Source of the DNA: Acidobacteriota bacterium
GTDB lineage: Bacteria > Acidobacteriota > UBA6911
DNA: 64,000 nt
Assembly (NCBI GenBank): GCA_963664705.1
Contig: OY761556.1
Span: 5,856,001-5,920,000 of the forward strand
Direction: 5' to 3'
The notes under the pieces are model-generated. The model did not search any database, was not told the DNA's origin, and saw only the letters and a list, made by a program, of their open reading frames with translations. The position numbers and the translations under genes were made by a program. Positions 38,990 to 47,571 of the stretch are shown piece by piece (position 1 is the stretch's first letter; the number at the start of each line of letters is the position of its first letter).

Positions 38990-39273
38990 ATGGACAAAAC
39001 CGAAGCTCGCGCTATTCTGGCTCACCAGCTTGCGATATACCGGGCGTACTCCTATCTCGATCTTACGAAAATTGTCGGCAACAACTCGGTAATTCAGATT
39101 TGTGGACCATCTGGGGCCGAATAGCAAATTGAGCTCGAAGTGATGTGGAACTGCGGGACAAGACGGATATCCTGGTCATGGGATCAATTGATGACGGGCG
39201 ACTGCCCTGAGCCCTATTGCCATTGTGCGATTCCTTCATACTGGCGCCAGATGGAAGGTTCGTAGGTGAGTAA
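38990..39273 (+). pseudogene. Degraded conserved hypothetical gene (stops plus frameshift)
   Basis: MDKTEARAILAHQLAIYR...GPSGAE*QIELEVMW / DILVMGSIDDG..*..PLCDSFILAPDGRFVGE*. Confidence 0.6.
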
Positions 39274-39294
39274 AGCGATAGCGGCCAATCCGGT

Positions 39295-39347
39295 TAAATT
39301 AGCATTGTGGTGCAATCTCCCCGAATCCGACTTCGGGATAACCATGG
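39295..39347 (+). repeat. Cassette-boundary repeat
   Basis: TAAATT-AGCAT-TGTGGTG-CAATCTCC-CCGAATCCGAC-TTCGGGATA. Confidence 0.78.
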
Positions 39348-39443
39348 AAGTAACTGCCCCAGCAAGCGCATTTTGGGGCCATTTGGCTGCGTTTCTAATC
39401 CTCAAGCGTTGACTATAAATATGGCGATAAATCTCTTCCGCAA

Positions 39444-40580
39444 TCAGCATAATCTTAAAAAATTCCTTTTCCCCACCTGAAGGACGCCTTTTGAATCAAT
39501 TCTGGTCTCCACATCTGTTATGCGCTTGCCATTGAACCTGACTGCTCCCTGTTGGATCAGCCGCCGCGCTTGGCTCTTGCTGGATGCAAACTCTGCTTCA
39601 TGAATCAAGTCCACCAGCCACACGGGGCTTGATTGAATCTTCGACGCCATATCCTGTGGTAATCCACGCTTCTGGTGTATTGACGCAAAATGGGCCGCTG
39701 CTCTGTCGGCGGCCTCGTTTCCATCAAGCGCAGATACGATCTCCCATGCCAATTTCTTCTTTGCTTCCATGGGATGCAATTCTCCCGTGTCTACCGATTT
39801 CAGCAATGCATCGATTTGCACGGGCAGCCAACGAGTAACCAATTCGAACCAATTGCGCATGGCCGAATCCGGAATGGACATGGTTTTGCCGTATTTATCT
39901 TCCGGCTTTTCATCAATGCCGACATAATTGCCGGTGCTCTTCGACATGCGTAATACACCGTCAGTCCCCACCAGAATCGGGAACGTCAGGCAAACCTGCG
40001 GTTTTTGACCAAAGACCTCTTGCAGCTTACGACCGACCAAAAGGTTGAAAAGCTGTTCACTGCCGCCCAACTGCACATCGCATTTGACGTTCACGGCATC
40101 ATAGCCCTGCATCAATGCATAGAGAAATTCATGCAACCAGATTGGATCACCGCTTTTCTGTCGCCTCGAAAAGTTCTCTCGGACTAGAAACTGTTGGACG
40201 GTGAAATGCGATGCCAGGTTAATCACATCTGAAAAAGTCAGTTGAGATAACCAATCCGAATTGCGCAAAACTTCTGTTGTGGTTGAATCCAGAATACGGA
40301 AAGCCTGTTGGATATAGGTTTGAGCATTTTCTGCCAGTTCTTCAGCATGCCTAAGGGGCCGCGCTCGATCCTTATCCGAATTGTCACCAACCAAGCCCGT
40401 GAATGTGCCAATTAAAAATATGGAATGATGCCCCAACTCCTGGAATTGGCGGAGCTTTCGCATTGTAACAGTGTGACCCAGGTGGATATCGGGCGCCGTT
40501 GGATCATATCCACAATAAACCCGAAGTGGACTGCCCGTTTCTGCCGATTCCAGCAGACGACCAGATAATTCCTTGCGCAT
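39444..40580 (-). CDS. tyrS: Tyrosine--tRNA ligase (N-terminus possibly shortened)
   Basis: GYDPTAPDIHLGH (HIGH), LYALMQGYD, LGGSEQLFN, RMSKS (KMSKS), C-terminal S4 (SKSQARRLIQQGAV..QVGKR). Confidence 0.93.
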   Translation of the reverse strand: MRKELSGRLLESAETGSPLRVYCGYDPTAPDIHLGHTVTMRKLRQFQELGHHSIFLIGTFTGLVGDNSDKDRARPLRHAEELAENAQTYIQQAFRILDSTTTEVLRNSDWLSQLTFSDVINLASHFTVQQFLVRENFSRRQKSGDPIWLHEFLYALMQGYDAVNVKCDVQLGGSEQLFNLLVGRKLQEVFGQKPQVCLTFPILVGTDGVLRMSKSTGNYVGIDEKPEDKYGKTMSIPDSAMRNWFELVTRWLPVQIDALLKSVDTGELHPMEAKKKLAWEIVSALDGNEAADRAAAHFASIHQKRGLPQDMASKIQSSPVWLVDLIHEAEFASSKSQARRLIQQGAVRFNGKRITDVETRIDSKGVLQVGKRNFLRLC

Positions 40581-40754
40581 ACTCTCCTTTATTTGGCACA
40601 TTTCTCACTTGTAAGGAACGATATACGGGAATTGGGGGAGATGTGACGGGCACCCCATATCGAGACCCAGGATGGAACAAGAGTGCAGAACGCACAATTA
40701 TGAGATGTCCCAGGATTTCGGGGGCGTTAGGCGGAATCGTTTCCGTCGAGCCAA

Positions 40755-41030
40755 CTACGCAACGATCTTCTTCAACCTGCTAATCTCTCTTTCCAAGCGA
40801 TCGAGACGTGATTCGGTTTGCACGTCATTTTGAAGCGCACTGTTTAGGAGCCGGTTCAAGAGTCTCTGGTAGGGGACTCCTGTTTTGGCAGCTTTAGCCC
40901 GCAGAATTTCAAGATTGGCTTTGTCGATGTTTATCGTGATCTTGATCGACCTGGACGCTGCCATTTTTCGTCGAATCTGTTGCGTTCCTTTTTCATCCAT
41001 TGCAAGCTCATTGAGTTTCGGTTCTTTCAT
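40755..41030 (-). CDS. BrnA/CopG-like antitoxin
   Basis: KITINID...AAKTGVPYQRLLNRLL; overlaps brnT. Confidence 0.8.
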   Translation of the reverse strand: MKEPKLNELAMDEKGTQQIRRKMAASRSIKITINIDKANLEILRAKAAKTGVPYQRLLNRLLNSALQNDVQTESRLDRLEREISRLKKIVA

Positions 41031-41289
41031 TGTAAAACCTCGCAAATTTACGCCACCATACTGATCCTATAATTCGAATATTATCCCCGCGCCTGGTGAA
41101 ACGCGTCGTGAGGATTTTGCCCGATGCTGATTTGCCCACCCAGAAAAACCTCTCCTCGGTCGCGGAGTGTTTCGCATCAGTCAACTGAAAACCGTCAGGA
41201 TCCGAAAACGTCTCAACCGCTTCGGCAAAGGCAATACGATGTTTTTTGAAATTCTCGATCTCCTTGGACAAATCCCATTCAAATTCCAC
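41008..41289 (-). CDS. brnT: BrnT-family toxin
   Basis: MEFEWDLSKEIENFKKHRIAF, HSATEERF, RIIG. Confidence 0.9.
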   Translation of the reverse strand: MEFEWDLSKEIENFKKHRIAFAEAVETFSDPDGFQLTDAKHSATEERFFWVGKSASGKILTTRFTRRGDNIRIIGSVWWRKFARFYNERTETQ

Positions 41290-41483
41290 AAGGGGAAAAT
41301 ACCATATCTATATGGATAAATCCATATTGGAGGCAAATGCCGCGCTGTGCGCGTTTTCAAGAAACACCTTTAAATTGGACGCTGTTTCCCAAACTCATGG
41401 CTGCATCTATCCCGGAATTTTAGTTGACGGACTCGTTTTAACATTGTTAAAGTCTGTTTGAATAATAGTGAAATGGGAACAGC

Positions 41484-41783
41484 ATGCCTAAACTCGATTT
41501 GCCCGCCTGGGTCGCTAATCTCGAAGAAGAAGACTTACACTTTGTGAAACGGCTTGTTTTGGCGTCAGGTTCGCTAAAGGAACTCGCGGCCGAATACGGC
41601 GTTTCGTATCCAACCATACGCGCGCGTCTTGATGGAGTTATTGAACGCGTCAAAATACTCGACATGCATGATGGAGACGATCCGCTTGAGGCACGAATTC
41701 GGATCCTGGTCGCAAAGGGCGAGATGCAGCCCAAAATTGGTAAAGACTTATTAGCTCTTCACCGAAATTCTAGGAGGTCATGA
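41484..41783 (+). CDS. DUF2089-family HTH protein
   Basis: FVKRLVLASGSLKELAAEYGVSYPTIRARLD. Confidence 0.85.
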   Translation: MPKLDLPAWVANLEEEDLHFVKRLVLASGSLKELAAEYGVSYPTIRARLDGVIERVKILDMHDGDDPLEARIRILVAKGEMQPKIGKDLLALHRNSRRS

Positions 41784-42106
41784 TGGAAGCTTGGTTTAAT
41801 CCTCAAACTGCACGATGGTTTTCATACCTATCATTGTTTGCCCTGCTTGCCTGCTTATCAGAGTGTGCGAAAAGGGGTCTGTATCGATCCGGCGTACTGA
41901 CTGCTTATTGGGCGGCTTTCGGACTTGGGATTGCATCGTTGTTTGGGGCTGGAGCGGCATTCTTTATGCATCAACCAATCTACGTCGTCTTCTCTTTGGG
42001 ATTTAGCGGCCTTGTGATAACACCTGCAATGGGTGGGGGAATTATTGGAATTACCCGCGAATACCGCAGAACGGAAATGCGACAAAGCATTGCACCGGAT
42101 CTTTGA
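41780..42106 (+). CDS. Small membrane protein (DUF2089 partner)
   Basis: Three TM segments, ATGA overlap. Confidence 0.7.
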   Translation: MMEAWFNPQTARWFSYLSLFALLACLSECAKRGLYRSGVLTAYWAAFGLGIASLFGAGAAFFMHQPIYVVFSLGFSGLVITPAMGGGIIGITREYRRTEMRQSIAPDL

Positions 42107-42138
42107 TTAGGGATTCACTGATACCTTGGGTGATACGA

Positions 42139-42504
42139 TTACACGAATCGGGAAAATCGTTTTGGTTTGAGAACAAAGAGCAGTAGGGCAAGGCAGGCCG
42201 CGGTTATCATTCCGGTGCGCGTGGCCATAAATGCCCCGGCATGCCCAAAGATTGCATTCAGGGCGTTGGACAGCATGATCGAGCCCTTGATCAGTAACGG
42301 AGAGAGCGCCACGCAGCACGCCAATCCGAGCACGAGAAGCAGACTCTGGAGAATAACTTTCAGGAACCGCCGCCGCTGAATGCGTTTTAGAAGGTTGCCT
42401 ATAAACGGCTCCTCCGGCAGGCTTTGATTTCTTTCATGGAACAGGGAATGCAGATTCTTATCCAGTTCATCCTGCATCGCGACACCTACCATCAGCCGTT
42501 CCAT
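42139..42504 (-). CDS. Putative anti-sigma membrane protein
   Basis: Two TM segments; overlaps the end of the ECF gene. Confidence 0.6.
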   Translation of the reverse strand: MERLMVGVAMQDELDKNLHSLFHERNQSLPEEPFIGNLLKRIQRRRFLKVILQSLLLVLGLACCVALSPLLIKGSIMLSNALNAIFGHAGAFMATRTGMITAACLALLLFVLKPKRFSRFV

Positions 42505-43045
42505 AATCGGAAAGCAGGCTTCTCAGTTTTGAGGCTCCCCGGGAAACATTGGTCTTCACGGTTCCCAACGGGAGACCTGTCGCATCGGCAATCTCCGGGT
42601 GCGACATGCCATCATTATACGCCAGCACGATACACAAACGCATGGCCGGAGGCAACTGCGCCAGCGCGGCGTCCAAATCTACCCGTTCGCCGGGAGTATT
42701 CCTGGGCGCCTCCAAATCCGCCGATTCATCCCATTCGGCGATATCAAGCTTGTTGCGCCGGACGTCTTCAAGCCAGACTGACACCATGATTCTATTTAGC
42801 CAGCCGTGAAACGTGGCCGGCGTCCGGAGCTGCCGAAGAGATCTCCAGACCTTCATAAACACCTGCTGGGACAGGTCCTCAGCCAGATCCGGATGATTAC
42901 ACAAACGGCGCATGAAGTTTCTCACGCGGGTTTGGCACCGCCGGACAATTTCCGCAAAAGCCTCGCCATCCCCGGCGCGGGCAAGAGTGATCACAGCAGA
43001 TTCGGCAGCCTGGCGTAATTGGTGTGCCGATAATTCGTGTTTCAC
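42467..43045 (-). CDS. ECF RNA polymerase sigma factor
   Basis: GDGEAFAEIV, AEDLSQQVF, GMSHPEIADATGLPLGTVKT. Confidence 0.92.
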   Translation of the reverse strand: MKHELSAHQLRQAAESAVITLARAGDGEAFAEIVRRCQTRVRNFMRRLCNHPDLAEDLSQQVFMKVWRSLRQLRTPATFHGWLNRIMVSVWLEDVRRNKLDIAEWDESADLEAPRNTPGERVDLDAALAQLPPAMRLCIVLAYNDGMSHPEIADATGLPLGTVKTNVSRGASKLRSLLSDYGTADGRCRDAG

Positions 43046-43509
43046 CGATTGCTCTTTTTATCTGTGGCCGCATCTTCCGGCGGCTTGGGCGCAAAACGGG
43101 AGGCGAAAAAGAGGCCTATACCAATCATAATCAATATTGAGGCCGCTATCACAGCGCCCGCTGCGTCCTTGTCTATTTGTCCGCGAAAAAAACGCATCCA
43201 TGCGGCCGCGATTGCCAGCCCGAATGACAAGAATATAATAATAGATCCGAATATCCTCAATGTTCTATAGCCACTGCCGGGCGCCATATGCGAGTTCTCC
43301 TGGAATGCCCCCCAGCCGGATCCGCGAGGCGGATTCAGCAATTTCTCTATCTGCGCCTCATCCAGTTTCTGTTCTTTGGCAATGAGTTGGCGAAGCGTTT
43401 CATGTCGGATGGCTTCGCTGTTTTTCTGTCTCCAGATTCCCGCAACCACACACGCTGCGATAAAAAGCCAGAATGCCGCTGCTCCTAATTCCATTTGCAT
43501 TTCCTCCAT
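43042..43509 (-). CDS. Membrane protein (DUF6249-like) upstream of the ECF gene
   Basis: TM - RHETLRQLI - two TM; coupled to the sigma gene. Confidence 0.65.
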   Translation of the reverse strand: MEEMQMELGAAAFWLFIAACVVAGIWRQKNSEAIRHETLRQLIAKEQKLDEAQIEKLLNPPRGSGWGAFQENSHMAPGSGYRTLRIFGSIIIFLSFGLAIAAAWMRFFRGQIDKDAAGAVIAASILIMIGIGLFFASRFAPKPPEDAATDKKSNR

Positions 43510-43738
43510 TGGTATCTGGTTCTATCAATAAAGATGCAGCTTTGCTCAAAACAGATGCACTTACAGTAAAATGGGCTCTCCGTACCTCCGCGATAAACAC
43601 TCAATCGTATCATCAACGAGTGCGGGACAAACGAGTTCATGACCGTGAAGTCGCGAAACCGGACAAGTGCGGCCGACTAGGCCAGTTCCATGCATAAGGA
43701 ACAAGAAACGGCCATCCAGGAAACGTCAAGGTCGGCGG

Positions 43739-43805
43739 AGATGCAGCATTGAAGGCGGCAATAAGCATTTCGGCGCAAAGTCCGCCAACCGGACAATTGG
43801 ACAAG
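43739..43805 (+). repeat. Cassette-boundary repeat
   Basis: AGATGCAGCATTGAAGGCGGCAATA-AGCAT-TTCGGCG-CAAAGTCC-GCCAACCGGAC-AATTGGACAA. Confidence 0.8.
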
Positions 43806-43872
43806 AACAAGCATGCTTTAAGAAATGCCTAATTCCGTATGCCCTCAACTAAAGATTAGGAATGCCAGAAAA

Positions 43873-44184
43873 TCAAGCTGCTTCGAATTTTTTGACCTGA
43901 AATGATTTTCGTTTAGGCTCGACTTGGGCTAGGTCATACTGCAGCTGCTGAAGAAGCCAACTCTCAGCCGTGGTATTGAAAGCAATCGAGAGCCGGATAG
44001 CCATTTCTGCGCTTATTCCAGAACGTCCATTCAAGATACTCGATAGTGTTTTGCGGCTTACACCGAGTGCATCAGCGGCCTGCGTAACCGTCAGCCCAAG
44101 GGGATCAAGGCATAGCTCGCGCAAAATCTCTCCTGGGTGGGGTGGGTTGTGCATTTTTAGCGGCGATTTAGTGATAGTCTTCAT
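43873..44184 (-). CDS. higA: HigA antitoxin
   Basis: [38 protein letters not shown]. Confidence 0.92.
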   Translation of the reverse strand: MKTITKSPLKMHNPPHPGEILRELCLDPLGLTVTQAADALGVSRKTLSSILNGRSGISAEMAIRLSIAFNTTAESWLLQQLQYDLAQVEPKRKSFQVKKFEAA

Positions 44185-44449
44185 AATCCACATCCTTGAC
44201 GTCGGGACCGGAAAACTCAAATGTAATGCGCCAGTTTTCGCTCACAATCAGAGACCAGGATCTCTTTCGATCTCCGGTCAATGGATGCAAGCGTAGCCCC
44301 GGCAATGCCACGTCCCGGGGCTCTGTTGCTACATGAAGTCGGCCCAGTATCAATCGCAGTTTTGCGACATGCTTCACCTGAATTCCAGCGGTATTCCCGC
44401 GCGTAAAGAAGCGTTCTAATCCCTTGTGTCGGAAATTCAGGATAGCCAC
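44168..44449 (-). CDS. higB: HigB/RelE-type killer toxin
   Basis: [35 protein letters not shown]. Confidence 0.92.
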   Translation of the reverse strand: MAILNFRHKGLERFFTRGNTAGIQVKHVAKLRLILGRLHVATEPRDVALPGLRLHPLTGDRKRSWSLIVSENWRITFEFSGPDVKDVDYEDYH

Positions 44450-44455
44450 ATCAAA

Positions 44456-44487
44456 GAGTGTAACACGTAACGTATCGGGTTACACTC
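44456..44487. promoter_or_regulatory. Palindromic operator upstream of higBA
   Basis: GAGTGTAAC-N14-GTTACACTC. Confidence 0.65.
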
Positions 44488-44593
44488 AGTTGCTGCGCTA
44501 ATTTGTTCGACAAAAGTTGCCAGGTAGCGGACTTACTCAAATCGTGCTTAACATTGTATTTTCAATGGCATACAAAAAACCGCGATATCACGC

Positions 44594-44654
44594 TCCTCGG
44601 AAACGGCCTTGGGGGAAATTACTCTGGCTTGGCAATTGTGGCGAATTGCATTCT
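44594..44654 (-). repeat. Cassette-boundary repeat, reverse-strand copy
   Basis: Reverse complement AGAATGCAATTCGCCACAATT-GCCAA-GCCAGAG-TAATTTCC-CCCAAGGCCGT-TTCCGAGGA; compare 27200. Confidence 0.6.
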
Positions 44655-44809
44655 TTGCGGGGAAGCCGATACGGTTGGCTTCTGCGGCGTCATTATGCCA
44701 ATTATCAGGCTACAAAGCGGCAGCGGCAAGCCAAGGAGAGGCCGTTTCAAATTGGCTTGGCGAGAATGAGCCGCGAAACCTGGCCCTATCCAAACATCTT
44801 GAGAAACGT

Positions 44810-45430
44810 TCAAACCATCTCCCGCAGCAGGCGCTCGGCTTTATGCTTGTTGAAAATGCCGCAGTCGCACAGGTCGCAGAGTTTCTCTGCGGCTGCCTCA
44901 TGCGTCATTTTTCCTTTGCCGATCCTTGTTACGAGATCGGCGACCAGGCTGCTGGAAATCATGGCGTGCCCGCACATGGTGGTAATGGCCAGCACCGGTT
45001 CGCTCGGAAGCTTTTCGACTTTACCGTGAATCCCCAACGAGTAATGGACGGTGTGAGGCCTCAATCCGACAGCGGAAGCCGCTTTCGCCAGGTCCTCGCA
45101 GCAGCCGGAAACAGACACTGAAATACCGAGATCCTGTTTCTGCAGCTCGCTTAGACAGGCGGCAAGTTGATCGCGATCGCTGAAAACCGCATGGATAATC
45201 CATGGATTGATGCGCTTGAACTCCGCAATTTGCTTTCTGTGGCGCCCACCTCCGTTCAGCGTCCCGAAATTCGCCAGCCCCGCCTCATATCGTGAAAGAA
45301 TGTCCCAGACTGCCGCCATTCTTTGCCGCACCATTTCTGTCGCCATGCGATCTCTGCCGGCCATTATCAGCATGACAAAGTCATCGCGCAGCTCCCCCTT
45401 GTCTCCTTTGCGGTGCAATGAGTGGGTCAT
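44810..45430 (-). CDS. Conserved hypothetical Cys-motif protein (partner of the Fe-S protein)
   Basis: MTHSLHRKG, DLGISVSVSG, TMCGH, CDCGIFN. Confidence 0.75.
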   Translation of the reverse strand: MTHSLHRKGDKGELRDDFVMLIMAGRDRMATEMVRQRMAAVWDILSRYEAGLANFGTLNGGGRHRKQIAEFKRINPWIIHAVFSDRDQLAACLSELQKQDLGISVSVSGCCEDLAKAASAVGLRPHTVHYSLGIHGKVEKLPSEPVLAITTMCGHAMISSSLVADLVTRIGKGKMTHEAAAEKLCDLCDCGIFNKHKAERLLREMV

Positions 45431-45431
45431 C

Positions 45432-46172
45432 TCAGATTTCTCCTTCCAGCCTTCTTCCAAGTCCCACGTTGACTTTCGCATGGAGACTGACGCGGAACCC
45501 GGCCTCCTCTGCGATGGAGACTGCGGCCGCGCTGGAATCCTCTTCCAGGAGATTCACAACGCTCAGCGAGAAGACTGTATCGATCTTCGAAGCCGCGCGT
45601 TTGATAGCTAGCAAAGCCTCCTTCAGCGAAGAGTTCTCGATGCGGCCGTGAATCATGACGCAAAGAGCCCTTTCACCCAAAACATCATCTCGGATTGTCC
45701 CGGTTTGAATGTCCGTCATAATTGTTGCGACCGAGCTCCCCGGATGCAGTCTTACACCGGCTCCGACCATTGCAATTGCGATGGTCTGAACGTCAAAGAA
45801 TGTCGTGCTAACACCCGGCCGCCCAACCTCCACGATAATTTCAGTGATTCCTCCGGGAATCAGACCGTTGATATCGTTCATCTTGATTTCCGGTGGGGCC
45901 GGCACGCCAGGCCTCGGCGCCGGGTGATAGTACGGATTGCCGAATTGGGCCCGGGCAAGCCTCGTCCATTCGAGTTCGGGCATGAAAATCGCGCTCTTCG
46001 GGCAGACTTCGGACCGCAGGCATGCGCCGCACTCCACGCATTCGGTTTGATTGATTTCGCTCTTGATCCTTCCATCCACCTTCAAGGCATAAATCGCGTT
46101 TTGAGTGCAAACAGGATGGCACGACTTGCAGCCAATACACTTTTCCATGTCGATCTTCACGTCAGTCCTCAC
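45432..46172 (-). CDS. 2x[4Fe-4S] ferredoxin-domain protein
   Basis: CIGCKSCHPVC, CVECGACLRSEVCP, EVGRPG. Confidence 0.85.
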   Translation of the reverse strand: MRTDVKIDMEKCIGCKSCHPVCTQNAIYALKVDGRIKSEINQTECVECGACLRSEVCPKSAIFMPELEWTRLARAQFGNPYYHPAPRPGVPAPPEIKMNDINGLIPGGITEIIVEVGRPGVSTTFFDVQTIAIAMVGAGVRLHPGSSVATIMTDIQTGTIRDDVLGERALCVMIHGRIENSSLKEALLAIKRAASKIDTVFSLSVVNLLEEDSSAAAVSIAEEAGFRVSLHAKVNVGLGRRLEGEI

Positions 46173-46313
46173 ACGTTCACTTTTCGCGTGATTGTTACTG
46201 AAAAGCGATGAAGAAACAACCCCCCAGGAAAATCAGCCGGAGCTTTTCATAGCCCGGGATCGGCCGGTATCTCTTTCTAAGCCGCGTGAAAGTAATGGGA
46301 TTTGTTTGTGTTT

Positions 46314-47102
46314 TTAGCCAAGATCCCTCGGCTCCGGAATTCGCCCGGGATCGAACGTTGCCCTGCGGATAAAAGCATAGGCGAAACCGACAACGCCGTA
46401 GGCCAAAAGAAGTGCGTACATATATTCCGGAAAAATCATGCCAAAGCCACAGACATATCCGCTGAGGACGGCCAGGAATTGGATCAGGTTTAGCAACCTC
46501 GTCTTGCGCTTGACGATCTTGGGAAAATATAGGGGGCTTACCATCAAAATGCCCAGGATGACGAGATTGAGCAGCAATAAATAATAGCCGCCGGCGAACC
46601 GCGCGGCTATGTGGTATTTATCGAAAAGTATGAGGCTGAGGGCTGTGAGCCCTCCAGCGAACGTGGACGGCATCCCCATGAAGACATTGGAGAGCACCTT
46701 GGCGTCCTTGGAGTTGTAACGTGCCAGGCGTATTGCCGTGCAGAGAACATAAATGGTGAGGGAGATGACGAGCAACCCTATGTGGGCGCCGGCCCAAATG
46801 GGTGCCTCATGTCGAAGATAGAAAAACACCAAAAGACAGGGTGCCACACCGAAGGATATGAGGTCTGCGAGGCTGTCGAACTGGGCTCCAAAATCAGAAA
46901 ATGCATGTAGGATCCTGGCCACAATGCCGTCGAGTTTATCCATCAGGTTGCACCAAACGATTATCCAGGCTGCACCCATGAGCGGAGTTTGGCCGAAGAT
47001 GGTCTGTTCGGACGTAGCTGCGATGAGGATGGCATAAATGCCCAGCGTGAAATTGATTCCCGTGAAGAAGTTGGGCAGAAAGAAACGGAACTTATTGGGC
47101 AA
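46314..47102 (-). CDS. CDP-alcohol phosphatidyltransferase (PssA-like)
   Basis: LPNFFT, DKLDGIVAR..SDFGAQFDSLADLISFGVAP, RLARYN, FMGMP; TTG start with RBS GGAGG. Confidence 0.88.
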   Translation of the reverse strand: MPNKFRFFLPNFFTGINFTLGIYAILIAATSEQTIFGQTPLMGAAWIIVWCNLMDKLDGIVARILHAFSDFGAQFDSLADLISFGVAPCLLVFFYLRHEAPIWAGAHIGLLVISLTIYVLCTAIRLARYNSKDAKVLSNVFMGMPSTFAGGLTALSLILFDKYHIAARFAGGYYLLLLNLVILGILMVSPLYFPKIVKRKTRLLNLIQFLAVLSGYVCGFGMIFPEYMYALLLAYGVVGFAYAFIRRATFDPGRIPEPRDLG

Positions 47103-47522
47103 GATGTATGTTCCTCCTAAACCGCATTCCCAAAATTGTATTGCGAGTACCGAGCCAGGGACCGACAACCAGGTTTGTCCGTTTGCCAATAGCCTCCATT
47201 GTACAAGCCGAAACATCCCCGCCCTTCATGAACACCGGCTTCACAACTCCTTGAGACGATGAACGGCTCAATCGGAGCGAGAGTGTTCATGTCGATACAG
47301 ACGTCCTATAATACCCCAACATCTCTCCGGGGCTGCATGATTGGTATGAAATGATTCCGTCATCGAACCGCCGGCGCAAGAGTTTTCCATATCTTCTCCC
47401 CAGGCTGGGGTTGGGAACTGCCCCTCGTAATCCAGAGCATTCCCGGAGCCTTCTCAGGTTGATCGACCGATTGGTTGATGAGCTCTCGTATGGGCTCCGG
47501 GATGGTTTCGGACACAATGCGC

Positions 47523-47570
47523 TTGACACTCATAGAACAATTCCTTTAAAGTAAGTAAGTACTGACTTAC
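47523..47570 (+). promoter_or_regulatory. Promoter (-35 TTGACA) and TetR operator
   Basis: TTGACA at 47523; near-perfect palindrome GTAAGTAAGTACTGACTTAC at 47551-47570. Confidence 0.7.
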
Positions 47571-47571
47571 A

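Noticed and set aside
40601-40750. T-box leader upstream of tyrS
   Set aside because: No AAGGTGGNACC-type T-box or terminator is visible, and the space is short.
11761-44654. Repeat family read as canonical integron attC sites
   Set aside because: No RYYYAAC/GTTRRRY boxes at the ends, genes lie in both orientations, and no intI is present; kept as an analogy only.
11761-44654. Repeat family read as a CRISPR array
   Set aside because: Copies are degenerate and 0.5-4 kb apart with genes between them; no cas genes.
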